DNA of 64,000 nucleotides from Orbicella franksi (lineage: Eukaryota), in assembly GCA_964199315.1 (NCBI GenBank), contig OZ116702.1, positions 32,736,001 through 32,800,000 of the forward strand. The letters run 5' to 3'. The translations under genes and the position numbers were made by a program. Positions 62,760-64,000 of the stretch are shown piece after piece. Below the pieces are notes generated by a model, which had not been told where the DNA came from, did not search any database, and saw only the letters and a program-made list of their open reading frames with translations. Within the stretch, counting starts at the first letter, position 1. Every line of letters begins with the position of its first letter.

Positions 62760-63716
62760 TTACTGCTTAATGGACTGCTGAGGCATGGCGAAAAGAGTGT
62801 TTACATCAGTATTTAACTTTTAACCACTCACAATAGATTTCTAAAATCCCATACCAGTTCTTGAAGACAGACAACTTCTGTAGCAAGAAGCTGGGATACA
62901 CTTCTCCCCTGTTGCTCTGTTATCACACCTGTGTAAAAAAAAGTAAGAAAAAGAAGTGGGAAAAAATTTACATGGTTTGAACTTCACTTACTTTATTCTC
63001 CTAATTAGAGCTGTGCATACTTTCTTCATTCTCAAATATCTGAGGTGTGTTCGTCACATGAAACTTGACCATATTTGCAACGCAATCTCTTTCCCCACTT
63101 TCTAATGGGTCCCTTCCATTCATAGAGTTCTAAGTTTCTACTACAAAGGAACCATTATTGCATGCTGGGCAGCTGTAATTTATGCTACAGTATTATAGAA
63201 GAAAGAGCCCTTTGAAACTGATTTACCTTTAACAAGAACTGTGAAAAGTGCTTCTAAAATCCGCAAACTTTCTTGGCAGTTTTCAGGTTGAAATACAATT
63301 TGTTCCTCATATTTATCGCCATCATCTGCTTCTTGTGGTGGTACCAGTATAATACCAGCCCCTCTCAGAAACGAGGCTAAGATAGATGAACTGGATATTA
63401 GACACGGAGGAGGGTTTGAAATCACAAAAGATAAATCAACCAGTTGAATCTCACTCTTCTCTTCTGTCTGCAAGGACAATGAGCAAAACTTATTTAAATT
63501 TTGATTAAAAGGCAATTATTCTACCAGAACGTGAATAGGAAAATTTTTAAGTTACCTGAAATTTCTTCATAGTTTTCAACAAGAATTGCAATGCTGCCTT
63601 CCTGTCATCTGGGGTAGGGAAACTAAACAACTTTCGCAAAGCAGGTTGCCAAAAATGCTTTGTTCTCATCCCTCGCACTTGTGATGTTAACCAGCCAACA
63701 AACTCAAAGTCCAGTT
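62760..63716 (-). CDS. 3' end of an unidentified protein-coding gene (last 4 exons; 5' part beyond the window)
   Basis: Exons 63716-63556, 63467-63227, 62928-62855, 62777-62760 have canonical GT/AG sites, a CTAAC branch point before the first, and consistent phases. They give ..LDFEFVGWLTSQVRGMRTKHFWQPALRKLFSFP..GAGIILVPPQE..FQPENCQESLRILEALF..VVCLQELQSIKQ*. Family not recognised. Confidence 0.7.
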
Positions 63717-64000
63717 CTAAAATTTCACATGGAGGTTAGTGATGTTGTTTTTGTTCAATTACAGTCACTTTGACAGACTTCAAGAAAAAATTATGACTGG
63801 CACAATATCCATGGTTAAATTCTCTTCCTAGGTATTTAGGGTGTTTTTGATGACTAAACAACAAAAATAAACAAACAAAAAAATGACTGAGATATTAGTG
63901 CCTTGGTTTGCCTGTTACTAGCCATGGCCCTCAGTTAAGCTTTAGTTAACATTCTTAAAAAGTTCAAAAGGATTGCTTCACATGTACCAACCTTGAGCAT

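Overview
Eukaryotic, AT-rich, intron-containing DNA. Gene content and repeat families suggest an anthozoan, probably a stony coral (inference, no search run). By hand-splicing (GT/AG boundaries plus phase bookkeeping) I reconstruct seven genes: (1) an Hlx-class homeobox gene, + strand, 1828-7858; (2) a second, more divergent Hlx-like paralogue in tandem, +, 10724-14745; (3) an intronless class A GPCR, -, 16172-17311; (4) a complete 17-exon Par-3/PARD3, -, 21256-35819, 1292 aa, with a probable GC-AG first intron; (5) SNAPC1, +, 10 exons, 42023-46516; (6) a WBP1/VOPP1-type single-pass membrane protein, -, 47954-50216; (7) a RING+zinc-finger+MATH TRAF, -, 53916-60649. The 3' end of an unidentified eighth gene runs off the window (-, 62760 to >63716). 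The rest holds tRNA-derived SINEs, many MITEs (some nested), a truncated RTE-type LINE end with an internal 4x112-bp tandem, and simple repeats. No CRISPR, rRNA or convincing tRNA genes were seen. The most interesting signal is regulatory. The two anciently diverged Hlx paralogues (homeodomains only 33/60 identical) share an ordered upstream module, GATAAGG - ATTGGCAT - TGGGAGGTCTGTA (GATA, CCAAT/NF-Y, GLI-type site). The first gene also carries two CCAAT boxes in an inverted repeat, which I recall being reported for the mouse Hlx promoter. Comparisons with human proteins and papers are from memory and need checking.
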